This document shows positions 42,421-55,540 of a stretch of 64,000 bases of DNA, piece after piece. Under the pieces are notes generated by a model, which saw nothing but the letters and a program-made list of their open reading frames with translations, had not been told where the DNA came from and did no database searches. The stretch covers positions 40,548,001 through 40,612,000 of the forward strand of contig OX597818.1 of assembly GCA_951406725.2 (NCBI GenBank). Reading direction: 5' to 3'. Position 1 is the stretch's first letter; each line of letters begins with the position of its first letter. A program made the translations under genes and the position numbers. This DNA is from Octopus vulgaris. Taxonomy: Eukaryota.

Positions 42421-43739
42421 CTTGCCTTTGTGAGAATCTTTTTAAGTGATTTAGGCTGTTTGTAGCTTTTAATGATTTGGTGTATGTTTAGAATTTCCTT
42501 TAATTTGGGGTTTTTATGAAGTATTGGTAAATTCTGGGTGATGATGGTGAAGGCTTCTTTGTTTCTGGGGTTGTATGTAGATATGTAAGGTAGTATTTTT
42601 GGGGAAGGTGTGTTGTTGTGTTGAACTTTTCTTAAAGTTTCTATGTTGATTTCTGTTGCACGTCTGATCCCATCCTCTATGAGTTGAGCTGGGTAATGTC
42701 TGTCAATTAGGGTGTTTTTGAGTTCTTGCAGTCTAAAGTTCCTGGTATTTTGTTCTGACACTATTGTGCATATCCTTCTTGCAAGGTTGAAGGGGATGTT
42801 TGTTTTAGTGTGTCTTGGGTGGCATGAATTAAAGAGAAGGTATTGTTTGGCGTCTGTGGCTTTGTAGAAAATGTCTGTTTCTATTTTAAGGTTAATTTTT
42901 TTAATTAGTATATCCAAGAACGGGAGGTCCTTTTGGTTGTATTCCATTGTGAACTGTATATTTGGGTTTATGCTGTTCAATAGGTTTTTAAATTTTAAGA
43001 GTTTATCTGTGTTTTCATTCCAGAGAATAAAACAATCGTCTAAGAATCGTTTCCAGTTCTCTTTTATGTATTGAGAGAGGGGGTTTCCAAAGATTGATAA
43101 AGATTCCTGGTAAATGATTATTTCCATGTATCCCATTGTTAAGTTCGCAATGACTGGTGCTGCCCTTGTACCCATAGCAATTCCGGATTTTTGACGGTAA
43201 AATGTATTGTCAAACATGAAGTGGTTATTGTGTAGGATGAATTCAATTGATTTAGTAATGAATTCTTTACTGATCCTTTTTGGTATTTCTTCCGGAAATT
43301 GGTCTAACCAGAACTGTATTGCCTCCAGTCCATAATTATGAGGTATACTGGTATACAAGTTGACTACATCAAATGAAACCAGGATTGTTTCTTCTTTGGC
43401 TTTTTTTGGAAGGTGGTTTAACATATCTAAGTCATCTCTGATATGGCTATCGATATGTTTAAGGAAGGGTTTCAGGAGGATGTCCATAAGTAGACTTAGT
43501 CTGTGTGTTTCACAGGTTGGGCCAGCTACAATGGGTCGTAGTTTTAGGTCCCCCGGGTTAGGTATGTGTATGTATGTCCTTGGTGATTTTTTAATGGTTT
43601 CATTTATAATTTGACTTTTATGAATTTTTGGCAGACCATAGAAAAGGCTAGGTTTGCATTTAAAGTTTGTTAGGAAGTCAATCTCTTTGGTTGTTAGTTC
43701 CTTTTCTTGGGTTTTAATTAGTGAATATAGAGTTTTCAT
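42390..43739 (-). CDS. PLE reverse transcriptase (N-terminally truncated; 1-nt frameshift near 42421)
   Basis: FYGLPKIHK, LRPIV, LVSFDVVNLYTSIP, YRQKSGIAMGT, WKRFLDD, LPFLDI and YKATD..YLLFNSCHP are PLE-diagnostic RT motifs. Confidence 0.95.
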   Translation of the reverse strand: MKTLYSLIKTQEKELTTKEIDFLTNFKCKPSLFYGLPKIHKSQIINETIKKSPRTYIHIPNPGDLKLRPIVAGPTCETHRLSLLMDILLKPFLKHIDSHIRDDLDMLNHLPKKAKEETILVSFDVVNLYTSIPHNYGLEAIQFWLDQFPEEIPKRISKEFITKSIEFILHNNHFMFDNTFYRQKSGIAMGTRAAPVIANLTMGYMEIIIYQESLSIFGNPLSQYIKENWKRFLDDCFILWNENTDKLLKFKNLLNSINPNIQFTMEYNQKDLPFLDILIKKINLKIETDIFYKATDAKQYLLFNSCHPRHTKTNIPFNLARRICTIVSEQNTRNFRLQELKNTLIDRHYPAQLIEDGIRRATEINIETLRKVQHNNTPSPKILPYISTYNPRNKEAFTIITQNLPILHKNPKLKEILNIHQIIKSYKQPKSLKKILTKASCLLKLRMQK

Positions 43740-43768
43740 TATTTTTTGTGGGGTGTAGTTGGTAATTT

Positions 43769-43813
<45 letters not shown>

Positions 43814-44613
43814 TGTGTGTGTGCAGGTTAACGTTGAATGCATGGAACTATAGTCGAAAGTATTCCAGCTATGACCATCCCATATTTATACAGTCTACCT
43901 AGGACCATATTGTCTAGTATGTCCTTCTTCTGAGGTGGTCGAGTTTGATTTGAAGGAGCCCGAAGCTGTAGTAGAAGATACTTGCCCAAGGTGCTAATTT
44001 GTGGGACTGAACCTGAAACCATATAGTTATGAAGCAAAGTAACCTGCACCTATCTACAAATATATGTCTGTGAGTAACTGAATATGCGTGTATGCAAATG
44101 TGAATTGTATCTGTGTGTGTCTGTCGCCTTACCTCCACCTCAAATCCTTTATAGATATAACACTAAATGCAATATTCAAACAAGAGAAAGACAAAGGTTA
44201 AATAGCCGATAGCGAACTCAAGTCAGGATTGTTATTTGGTTAACATACATGGTTGGTTGTTAGAATACACTGCAGCCGCCATTGCTAATCATATGGCCGG
44301 TGTTAATGCTGTGTGTCTGCAAACATTAAGGGGACGCAGATAAATACACACACACACACACACACACACAAAACACGCATACACACACACACACTCTGTC
44401 TATCTCTCTCTTTCTCTCTCTTCCTTTCTCTTTCTCTTTCTTCCTCTTAAACACACTCTCTCTCTTTTTCTCTCTCTTTTTTCTCTCTTTCTCTTTCTCT
44501 TTTTATTTCCCCCTCTTTCTCTCTTTCTCTTTCTCTCTCTGTTTCCCTCCCTCTCTTTCTCTCTTCCTCTTTCTCCCTCTTTTTCCCTCCCTCTCTTTCT
44601 CTATTTATATTTC

Positions 44614-44660
<47 letters not shown>

Positions 44661-44763
44661 TTCTCTCTCTCTCTCTCTCACACACACGTACACATGTATA
44701 TGTCGCAGTTCGTTTTGACTGGGACGTTAAAACACGTCTGTTAGCGCGCTAAAATCTCTTCTC

Positions 44764-44916
44764 AGGCCCGATTGTGGCTGGGTGGTAAGACGTTTGCTTC
44801 CCATCCACATGATTCAGTTTCAATCCCACTACATGGCACTTTGGGTATTTGCCTTCTACTATAGTTTTGGGCCGACCAAACTCTTGTGAGCAGACTTAAA
44901 CTGAAAGAAGTCTGTC

Positions 44917-44982
<66 letters not shown>

Positions 44983-45202
44983 GCACATGTGTGTTTGAGT
45001 CGTCTCCTAGTACCGCTTGACAACTGGTGTTGGTGTGTTTATATACCCGTATATACCCGTCAAAAGCGACCCATAAAATAAGCACCAGACATTTAAAAAA
45101 ATGTTAAGAGGTCGATTTACTTGACTAAAACCATTCACGGCGGTGCTCCAGCGTGGCCACAGTCTAATGACTGAAACAAATAAAAGATAAAAGGATAAAA
45201 AA
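44764..45202 (+). mobile_element. SINE family B, diverged full-length copy
   Basis: Head, internal (TA)/(TG)n, and tail ggcggtgctccagcgtggccacagtctaatgactgaaac. Confidence 0.82.
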
Positions 45203-45930
45203 GTGAACTGTATATTAATCTGGATGAGTATTCCGCAAACACTTGTGCCATTAGCGTAATTATCGTAAAATATGACAGTTGCAGATTATCCCACGACCCT
45301 TAAGTACCTTTTCTACATAACCATTCATGTACTGGCATTTTAAGGAGGAGCATTGAATTCTAGTCACGGGTCACTTGAAACACAAATACACATATAGAAG
45401 AACATAGCTACAAGATATACATATGTGTATGTGTTTTTGTGTGTTTATGCGTATATTGAATTTGATAATAGCTTAGCAGGTTAAAACTTCGAATTCACTA
45501 TAGATTCTATAGTTAAAGAATAATAAATATGTCCTACGAAAGGTTTTGTATAATCCTTCAGGTTGAATTAAAGTGTTTTTGTTCTTTTAATTATAACTTG
45601 ATATTAAAAGAAACATTAATATACATACATGGATATAAACACTCACACACACACGCACACACACATACACACACACATATATATATATGCAGGTGTACAT
45701 ATATATATATGTATATATGCTCGTATATATATATATATATATATATAACTAAAAAACAAACATGGAGGAAAGGGACGGAACGAAATGAAAGTTCGAAAAA
45801 TCGAAAATTCAAACGAAATATATATATATATATGCTCGTGTATATATATATATATATATCCATACATACATACACACATACATACATACATACATACATA
45901 CATACATACATACATACATACATACATACA

Positions 45931-45963
<33 letters not shown>

Positions 45964-46050
45964 GGTTCAAATGTACAAAAAGCAAACAACAAAGACAGAT
46001 GAAAGAACAAGCAGGTGTATTAGTTTCACGCTTGGGAAGAAAGGAAAAGT

Positions 46051-46086
46051 CTTTGACATTTCGAGCCTACGCTCTTCGACAGAAAA
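46051..46086 (-). ncRNA. Minimal hammerhead-like motif with an A6U core, in a PLE-type fragment (~45963-46178)
   Basis: Minus strand reads tttt-CTGTCGA-a-gagc(gtag)gctc-GAAA-tg-TC-aaag. Confidence 0.55.
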
Positions 46087-46214
46087 GGATTCGAGATATA
46101 AAAAAATAACAATAGAGAGACAGAGAGAGAATAAGTCTGGAGTAAGAAAAAATATGTCGGGATTAACGGCTTAACGGGCACACACATGTGTATATATGTG
46201 TATATGTGTGTGCG

Positions 46215-46289
<75 letters not shown>

Positions 46290-46291
46290 GA

Positions 46292-46423
<132 letters not shown>

Positions 46424-47280
46424 GCATGCATGCAGAACATATACTTTTTTTTACATGTAAAACAAGATAGAAAGAAATATAGGTTACTGCAATATACATA
46501 TATAAATGGAAATGTACAAAAATAGAAAACTAGAATAAGAAATATAATAAGAGAAATCTGGGAGAGGAGATATTGAAATACACAGAGGCAGTAGATTGTT
46601 TGGTGTTTGAATCACAGTGACCATAGAATATTCACAAGTACTGCTATATTCAATGTTGGCTTTATTATATTTGTACAATAGTAAATATTGATTCCCATCA
46701 TTGGTTCATAGGGAACAGGTATAAGTCGTTTTTCTTTCTTACTGTATGTGATAGTCAGTGCTTTCGACGACCTCGGAAAACTATATACATAATACGACTT
46801 TAACTGAAAAATATATTAGCGATCGGAATCGTTTCGTCCGGTACTCTACAAGATTGAGTCATTCCATAAGTTGTAGAATCTGTGTGTGCGTACATGTATG
46901 TTTGTATGTATACATACTGCATAGTACCATTAGGTGTTCGTTTACCTTCTTTAATCGACCTTCACTCGAAGCAAAGTTAGACAATGCAAGAATTCATCTT
47001 GTATGGAATTCAATATGCCGTTACTCGTCTTCATAGACCCTTTTCGGGACTGTAACTTCTCAGAGTTCTTCCTCTTAGACCATTGTATATACATTCGCAC
47101 ATACATACACTCATGTTTGTGATATATATAATATAATTTTCTCAACCTTCAGATTTTAATATGCTACACCACTAGTTTTAAATTGATATTAATCAAATTA
47201 ATATTCAATTATTTACCCTCATTATTTTAAATTTAAATCTATATAACTATGTTCACTCACCGGTAAAATTTACTGCCCAC

Positions 47281-47848
47281 TAGTAATAGTGACGTTATGT
47301 CTCCATTCATCTCTCCCACACGGCCTCACACTCAACATGGAGGCCTTTATCAATTGCCTGAAGGAGGTAGTGCTACCCAGGGTCAAGTGGGTGGCTGCTG
47401 GAAGGCCATATACCTGGCAACAGGACTCTGCACCATGACACACAAGCAGGAGAACCTAGTCATGGCTGTCAGTCAGTTTCTGCAACCTTATCACCCCTAA
47501 CATTTAGCCACCTAACTCCCCAGACTGCAACCCCCTTGATTATTATATGTGGGGCTCAGTTGAGCAAGAGACCAACAAAACTTCTTGTAACACCAAAGAT
47601 GAACTGAAGGCAAGGAATATGACAGCATTCACTGACTTAAGCAAGGAGACCGCCCAGAAGAGTTGCAGGAGGTTTCAAAGTCGTCTAGAGGCTGTGGTTG
47701 AAGCCAGTGGCGATTTTATTGAATAAAATTACTCTTGAGCATTTAAAAATATTTTTATGTAATTTTAGTAAATATATCTGTTAAAATGAGATGTCTGTGT
47801 TATTTTCATTTTTGCGTAATTTAGACGACAGCTTATTCACTGCACTGT
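47281..47848 (+). pseudogene. Tc1/mariner-superfamily DD37D (maT-type) transposase, C-terminal remnant with the right end of the element
   Basis: Translates ..GRPYTWQQDSAP*HTSRRT*SWL..PPNSPDCNPLDYYMWG..RLEAVVEASGDFIE* (stop at 47724-47726). I count 37 residues between the last two catalytic Asp. In-frame stops are present. Confidence 0.85.
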
Positions 47849-48835
47849 GTGTATGTGTGTGTGTGTGTATGTGTGTGTGTGTGTGTGTGTGCGCGCGTGC
47901 GCGCATGTATGTATATGTGTGTGTGCGTGTTTGCATGCGTTTGTGTGTATATGTGTGTGTGCGTGTGTTATATAGTACTTGCAATCATATCCTATTATTA
48001 TTCTGATTCACACTATCAAAATGCTTTAGGACATTAGCATTATCTTACTTTCAAACCGCAATTGAGAATCACCTCTCATTCCAAGTTACAAAGGTAGATA
48101 TGCAAACATGAACAGACAATAATGTGTACGTGATAATCTTGTCGAACACTTACTTATTCCTGAATATACTTGTCCATATAATGCAACATTTTAGGAATAT
48201 ATATTGTTTTCAATCCTACATTTATTAATCGCACATACATAGTGTGTGCGTTTAATTTATACACCCATTGCTGCAGGATAGCGTCCTGGGAAAGCTACCA
48301 ACATGACGCCGAGGGTTAAAGAACACTGAATGTTAGATAAACTGACTAGAGATGATTGTTAGAGTTGCTTAATTTTGTAATTTAATTTTCTCATACATGT
48401 GCTACGCCGCAACACATCAGCAAATAGACTTCATACTATTTGCATATTACCCTGCAGACCGGCGATTTGTTGCGTTTCGAGGTGTTTCATGTACATAGTC
48501 ACAATAAAGGAAAAATATCGTGACCTATCGTTCTTGATCATCTCAAGGCAAGTTGTCTCGCTTCATCAAGGACATTCGGTGTTCATTAACACCCAGCGTC
48601 ATACAGGGAGCTATCCCAGTACCTTCTTCCTCAGCACTTAAATTTTTTTATATCCAAGTTACCACGTACAAATAACAGTTTCTGATTTAGTTACAAAGGG
48701 GATGGTTGATAGCATTCACTGCTATAATTGACTGGAATTTTTTTTATATCGAAAGCAAAGGGGTGAAAGGCAAATTTGACATCGGCGGGATTTGAAATCA
48801 GAATATACAGAGCAAAAGCATATACTGCGATATAT

Positions 48836-49031
48836 AAGGTGGCGAGCTGGCAGAAACGTTACGTTCTGAGTTCAAATTCCGCCGATGTCGACTTTGCCTT
48901 TCGTCCTTTCAGGGTCGATAAATAAAGTACCAGTTACGCACTGGGGTCGATGTAATCGACTTAATCCCTTTGTCTCTTCTTGTTTGTCCCCTCTATGTTT
49001 AGCCCCTTGAGGGCAATAAAGAAATAAGAAA
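48836..49031 (+). mobile_element. SINE family A monomer (internal deletion in the head), head-to-head with a decayed minus-strand copy at ~48675-48830
   Basis: aaggtggcgagctggcagaaacgttacgttctgagttcaaattcc..aaagaaataagaaa. Confidence 0.88.
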
Positions 49032-49340
49032 CATATCACGATTTACTTTCTCGACCCTCTAACAATTTTGCTTGCTCGACCCCTTGTGTTTCCCAAAATT
49101 TCTCACATATATATACTTAATCTAGACTCTCTTAAACACTTCTGTTTATTATTGAATTACGAAAGATTATTGAAATCAGGATGCTATTTTAATAAATTTA
49201 CCAAACATAATTTTAATGCTACAATTCGTTTTAAGACACAGTTGCATTTCAACCCCAAAACCAATTCCTCTATTTTCATTCTTGCACAGAAACATATCTC
49301 TTTCACTCCATATATATAGATATATATGTGTGTGTGTGTA

Positions 49341-49394
<54 letters not shown>

Positions 49395-50072
49395 CCACTT
49401 TGTATATACAGATCCCACCTTCACAGGCGCACGTATATTTGTATAAAAAGAAAGCGAGAGAAACTGATATAAACATGTAATGTGCATGTGCCTATCTGTT
49501 ATTAAAATGTTGCCCGTTTCGGTTATATTAACAAAGACTACTTCATAATAGTTGCTTAGCAATCCTTTATGCTTTGTTCGGAACCATAAATTTCCTCTGT
49601 GCATCGACTACTTCAGATGTTCCCTGTCTTATCTCCTGGATGAAAGAATTTTAGTAGCATTCCTTATTGCTGTTTTATTGAAGCCAGGAATCGCAGAAAC
49701 ATAGTTGTATCTGTTACTTATTTAGATTTTTCACTTTCCACTCGTTGACGTTAGATTTACTTCGGCAATTAGCAATTATGTTTTACTGTGATTTTCTGCA
49801 GTAGCTTGTAACTGGATGCACCATCTGTGAGTTAGATTTTGCGTTATATATATCTATTCATATAACTTATGTGAGTAATCATGGATTTGTCTGTATTTTG
49901 TATTAGATTGTTTTGCTATCAACTAGTGAGCTTTTGTTTTCCTGCATTTTGTTTCTGAAATGTTATACGTCCCACTTTATCTTTTCGTAGATGCTTAGTC
50001 AGCCAGCGATATAATGTAGATGTATCTCCTATATCTGTATCTCTGCTGCCTTGTAGATAGACTTTTTAGTCA

Positions 50073-50410
50073 AAGGCTCCGGGTAGGGTCTCCCAAGCTA
50101 AGTCCCTACTCCGGCCTAGGCAACCGGGTAGTATAACCATGGATCCTTTTCTCTCTTTCGCCATGGTTTGGATGGCATGGGCAGGAGGAGCTCGTCAGCC
50201 ATGGTTGGCAACCCTCCTAGGAGAGGATAACTCCGACTTCAAACCTACGGCTCGAGGATCTCGCTGTCACCGTCCCAGCTCGCTAGGCCATGGCAGATGA
50301 ACATCGTGCTTAAAAGGTGGGGCCAGTTTGCGCGCACTGCACTTCACCTTCAAAAACTCCCTAGCGCAGGCCAAAGGACAAGTCCACGTTCTGTGACCAG
50401 CCATCATCTC
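50073..50410 (+). mobile_element. GC-rich structured segment, probably the 5' leader of an RTE-type LINE
   Basis: GC content contrasts sharply with the flanks. Hairpins ccgggtaggg/ccctactccgg and aaccatgg/ccatggtt are present. ggcaaccctcctaggagaggataactccgacttcaaacc resembles RTE 5' UTR sequence as I recall it. Confidence 0.45.
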
Positions 50411-50559
50411 CTATGTAATACTTACTTGTAACATTAATGTAAAAGATACTTGCATTTCCAATATAATGTAGGAGATATGAAGTCTATAACTGATTTTTTA
50501 ATCACAATTTCGAAGCACCGTTAGTCATCTAAAGTGCTGTTGCAAAACAATTCTCTTCT

Positions 50560-51900
50560 ACGATATAAAAGACATTAGTATGATGCTGCTGAATAATTCT
50601 AAAATGCCCAAGGTCTCTGTTCATGGAGATATAACGGGAGATGCTGCTAACGGAATAAAGGGAGTATTATCTTTATACAAGTAAGAGCTGCTAGAAGTGT
50701 CAGTAAAGATATTTGAAGTAGAGAAGGAAGAGTATGGAATACATTGCCTTCAAGTACACCAAGTTTTGTAGAATGAGAGTTAAGAAGGTTTCTGTCTGTA
50801 AACGTTAAGATTATTGCGTTTTGGTAGGAAGCTTCTTTTTCAGTGAGAGAAGGTTAGAAACATGAGTAGGAAATATTCCTGCCAGATGCAACCGAAGCCA
50901 CTGTTCGGGTCAAATGCGTCAAGATTGTTTTCTCGACAGCTCTGAGAAAATACTGATGAATTAAATAAGATAGCACGCCTTGGATAGAGCCTTATCCGTG
51001 AAGGGGTCAATTAGGAGAACTGAAACTAATGGAATAAGTGATTATCAACATCTATTTCCATTATGTTTGAGATGTTGGTTGAGAGGAAAATATGTTTATA
51101 GAAATCAGAATCAGAGACTTTAAACAGCGTTTCTTTTCTGTTTACCGAAAGTATGATTAATTTTCATGTTGAGAGAGTTAGGAGAGATGAAAGAGATTGA
51201 AATTTTGCGATTAAGAAAGGTTGGTTTGAAGCGCAGTGTTTGAGAGTGATTCAAAAGGCTCTGTCAGAATTAATCACCTTGACGAGCTGGAGTTACTAAC
51301 GAAAATTTAGCTTATAGATAGTACGTTGAGACTACGAGCGTGAAGAAAGAGAATTTTTAGGTAAACTATGTTTAATGCGTATACATATATATGTATGTAT
51401 CTATGTATGTATGTATGTATGTATGTATGTATGTATGTATGTATGTATGTATGTATATTAAAGCAATGCGAGCAACTCTTGTGGAATAGGAAGTCTGCTA
51501 AAGGAGCCATCCTACTCGACAGAAGGTGGACAGGAAGATTCTCAAAAGTTAATAAGATCATTTTGGGCAAGAGACCAAAAACCTTGGCAGCACCTTGAGG
51601 AAGGTAGAGCATATGGGTGTTCACGGCATGACACCATTCTTTGCATTTCTGATGCTCGCTTTGCAGAATTTTCAAGAAATCCTGTTGTTATTGATATTGA
51701 TGTTGATGCTGGGGATGATATCAGGCTTCTTACAGCTCGTAGGTAGTATCCTTGTCCAAACGACTGTCTAAAAGGTGTGGGCAAACAACTTGTGGTTTTG
51801 AGTATAAGGTCTTTGATTTTATAAAAAGAAATGAAGGTTATCTTGGAGGAGAGGCTTCAATTACCCGCTGAGTTGTCTGACGGTTCGGGGAGAAAAACAT
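50560..51900 (-). pseudogene. Heavily decayed APE-type LINE (CR1/L2/Jockey group) RT region, interrupted by (TATG)n at ~51380-51455
   Basis: Ordered minus-strand remnants: FWSLAQN..SSCPP..DGS, ISNIME, DKALSK, LGVLEGNV..LFLLYF (compare GVPQGSVL..LFLLYINDL), YLYKDN (compare YADD), MNRDL. There are many stops and frameshifts. Confidence 0.6.
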
Positions 51901-51964
51901 ATTTACTGTTTGAAGTGGTCGGCACAAAACTATCGAAGCCTATACCAGTAAATTAATTTAAATG

Positions 51965-52223
51965 ATACTCTGTCGGTTACGTTGACCTGATCAACGGAAC
52001 ATCCTGATCATGAAATTAATATGCAAGTGACTGAGCACTCCACAGACTAACATACATTTAACGTAGTTCTTCTACAGGTACAACTCATCTTTGTTCGTTG
52101 TGTGAACTGGAGCAACTTGAAATAAAGTAACTCGCTCAAGAACACAATGCGCACTTGAGAATCGATTTCATGACCTTACGACCTTGAGCCGTATCCTCTA
52201 ACCATTGAGCCACGCACCTTCAC
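51965..52223 (-). mobile_element. Composite SINE: family D-like head with a family C tail
   Basis: 51965-52070 matches the C tail (gatcaacggaac..tgaaattaa..gcaagtgactgagcactccacaga). 52080-52223 resembles the D head and body. Confidence 0.65.
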
Positions 52224-52550
52224 AAATTAATCTGCATTGATTAGACAGTGATTAAATATCCGATGAATACAAGAAAGTTGATGATTGGGTAAAAGCCGAC
52301 GGGGATGAATTCGTAAGGTAAATACTTGGTAATATTGTATTGTTATTGTTGTTGTTATCACACATTCACGCGCACGCACATACAATTGCTCTCTCTCTCT
52401 CTCTCTCAAACACACACACACACACACACAGTGACACTCACACAGAAAAACACACACGTACACACAGATATGTGTTAGCACAGACATACATATATTATGA
52501 ATATATTGCGTATCTATCTATCATCTATCTATCTATCTATCATCTATCTA

Positions 52551-52599
<49 letters not shown>

Positions 52600-52632
52600 A
52601 TGTCTGTCTGTCTGCCTGTCTGTCTGTCTGTA

Positions 52633-52710
<78 letters not shown>

Positions 52711-52764
52711 GCCAGCTAGCTGTCTGTCTGTCTATGCATCTAGGTATCTATCTGTTTCTGTCTT

Positions 52765-53122
52765 AGGCGCCGGAGTGGCTGCGTGGTAAGCAGCTTGCTT
52801 ACCAGCTACATAGTCCCGGGTTCAGTCCCACTGCGTGGCACTTTGGGTGAGTATCTTCTACTGTAGCCTGAGGCCGGCCAAAACCCTTGAAAGAAGCCCG
52901 TCGTATATGTGTGTGCATGTGTATGTTTATGCGTCTGTGTTTGTTTCCTCATCATCACTTGATAACCGATGTTGGTGTATTCCCGTCCCCGTAACTTAGC
53001 CCGTTCGGCAAAAGAGACTCATTGAATAAGTACTAGGCTTACAAAGATTAAATCCTAGGGTCGATTTGTTCGAAAAAAGGCGGTACTCCAGCATGCCCGC
53101 AGTCAAATGACTGAAACAAATA
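52765..53122 (+). mobile_element. SINE family B, near full length
   Basis: Head aggcgccggagtggctgcgtggtaag, tail cagtcaaatgactgaaacaaata. Confidence 0.88.
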
Positions 53123-53149
53123 ATAACATAATGGAATATAAAACTATCC

Positions 53150-53202
53150 ACGTATACATACACACACGCATACATACATACATACATACATACATACATA
53201 CA

Positions 53203-53238
<36 letters not shown>

Positions 53239-53485
53239 TATATATTACATACAAATATACATACACATTCATATACATACAAACATACATACACATGCAT
53301 ACATATATACATTCATACATATATACATACATAAAAACATACATATATACATACATATATACCTACATAAATATATACATACATACATATATACATACAT
53401 ACATATACATACATATATACATACATATATACATATATACATACATACATATATACATGCATACATACATACATACATACATACA

Positions 53486-53519
<34 letters not shown>

Positions 53520-53758
53520 CATACATACATACATGCATACACACACACACACATACACACACGTGTTCGTGTATAAGTTTATGTACATCTCTGTATCAAA
53601 TACGACAATCAGTATTTCACTAACCACAAGAATACGAGCACTTGCTTCTTCGAAGCTGTTTCATTTCTTTATTTCTATATTCCTTCGTCATTTATTCGTT
53701 TGTTTTTATTGTATGTATATATACACATATATAAATACATATATACATACATATATAC

Positions 53759-53855
<97 letters not shown>

Positions 53856-54658
53856 CATACATACATATATACACACACACAGACATATATGTATGTATGT
53901 ACGTATGTATTATTTATTTGTCTTTATGTCTTAATTTCTCTTCGTTTGTGTTTCTATGTTCTTGTACATGTCTGTATATCTTCATGTTCCTCTTCCAATG
54001 CTCTGTCTCAAATTTTCCATTCGATTATCTCACTCACTCACTCACTCACTCACTCACTCACTCACTCCCTTAATCGTTCGCTCTTCTCGCACAAAATCTC
54101 TCGTTATTCTCCTCTCCTCTCCTCTCCTCTCCTCCCCTTCTTACTCTCCCGCCCATTCTCTGCCCGTTATCGCCCTGTAATCTAAACGGCATCTTTATGA
54201 AGTAAACTATCCCTTGTTCGCTCCCATACTCAATAACTGAAGACAAACCTGAGCTTTACGATCGAATGCACGAGATAAGAGAGCGTCCATTACTTTCATT
54301 ATCTCTTCCCAGTTTGTCAGACAAGATTCTTTTTCCGTCTCTCATTTTCACTTCCAACCACTGTCACTACATTCTCTACGCACGCTTCTACGTCCTCCAC
54401 GTTTTCTCCATCGCCCTTTTAATTCTGTTACTGCTTTCCCGCCATTTTGTGCATTGTACTATCCGCCATCTTCTTCTTCTTCTCCGTCGTTCGCCTAAAC
54501 AACATAAGCGCACAAAGGCATCGAAATCGGACGCAGAAAACTTGAAATATCTCCTCACACGCACACGTATATAGACAGCTATGAAACGAAAGCAGATATA
54601 TGCACATATGCAAACGCATACACACACGTACATCATATACATATACATATACATATAC

Positions 54659-54722
<64 letters not shown>

Positions 54723-54805
54723 ATGTATATATATATATATATATATGTATGTATATATATACATATGTGTGTGTGTGTATATATACATATATATATATAT
54801 GCGTG

Positions 54806-54864
<59 letters not shown>

Positions 54865-55126
54865 ATATACATATATACATGTACATATATATATATACAT
54901 ATATATATATACGCACGCACGCACACACACACGCACACACACACTCAAGTACACACACACACACACACACACACTCACACACACAGAAATACATTTCGCA
55001 AGATGTCAATCTATTTGTCTGAACGTTACACGAATGCCCTTTTACCAGCCGGCGCTGAGTTATTCGCCGAATCTATACGAATGTATGACACACAGACATT
55101 GTTTAACCAGTACACGTGCGCACGCA

Positions 55127-55164
<38 letters not shown>

Positions 55165-55305
55165 CACACACGCACGCACACACACACAATCAAGCACGCA
55201 CACGCACTCATATGCAAAGCTATTATATAAATATATGTGTGTATGCGTGCGTTCGTATGTATGCGTAAACGTATCTCTATCATTTGACTATGTATGAATG
55301 CGTGT

Positions 55306-55357
<52 letters not shown>

Positions 55358-55438
55358 ATACACACACAAACACGCACAGACTCACACACATGTATGTGTG
55401 TATATATACATATGTATATATACATACATACATACATA

Positions 55439-55469
<31 letters not shown>

Positions 55470-55494
55470 CGTACATATATATACATATATGTAC

Positions 55495-55540
<46 letters not shown>

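Larger units (their letters stand above)
41620..43775 (-). mobile_element. Penelope-like element (probably Neptune clade), 5'-truncated, flanked by (TA)n on both sides
   Basis: RT followed by a Cys-rich linker and a C-terminal GIY-YIG domain. The 3' UTR carries a hammerhead motif. The reading frame runs upstream of Met 43739 (YEKITNYTPQKI) to the (TA)n junction. Confidence 0.92.

Noticed and set aside
41962-43739. RT plus nuclease as a bacterial retron, DGR, group II intron or two-gene system with programmed frameshifting
   Set aside because: The motifs are PLE-specific and PLEs encode one ORF. A single-base deletion explains the split, and no slippery heptamer is evident at the junction.
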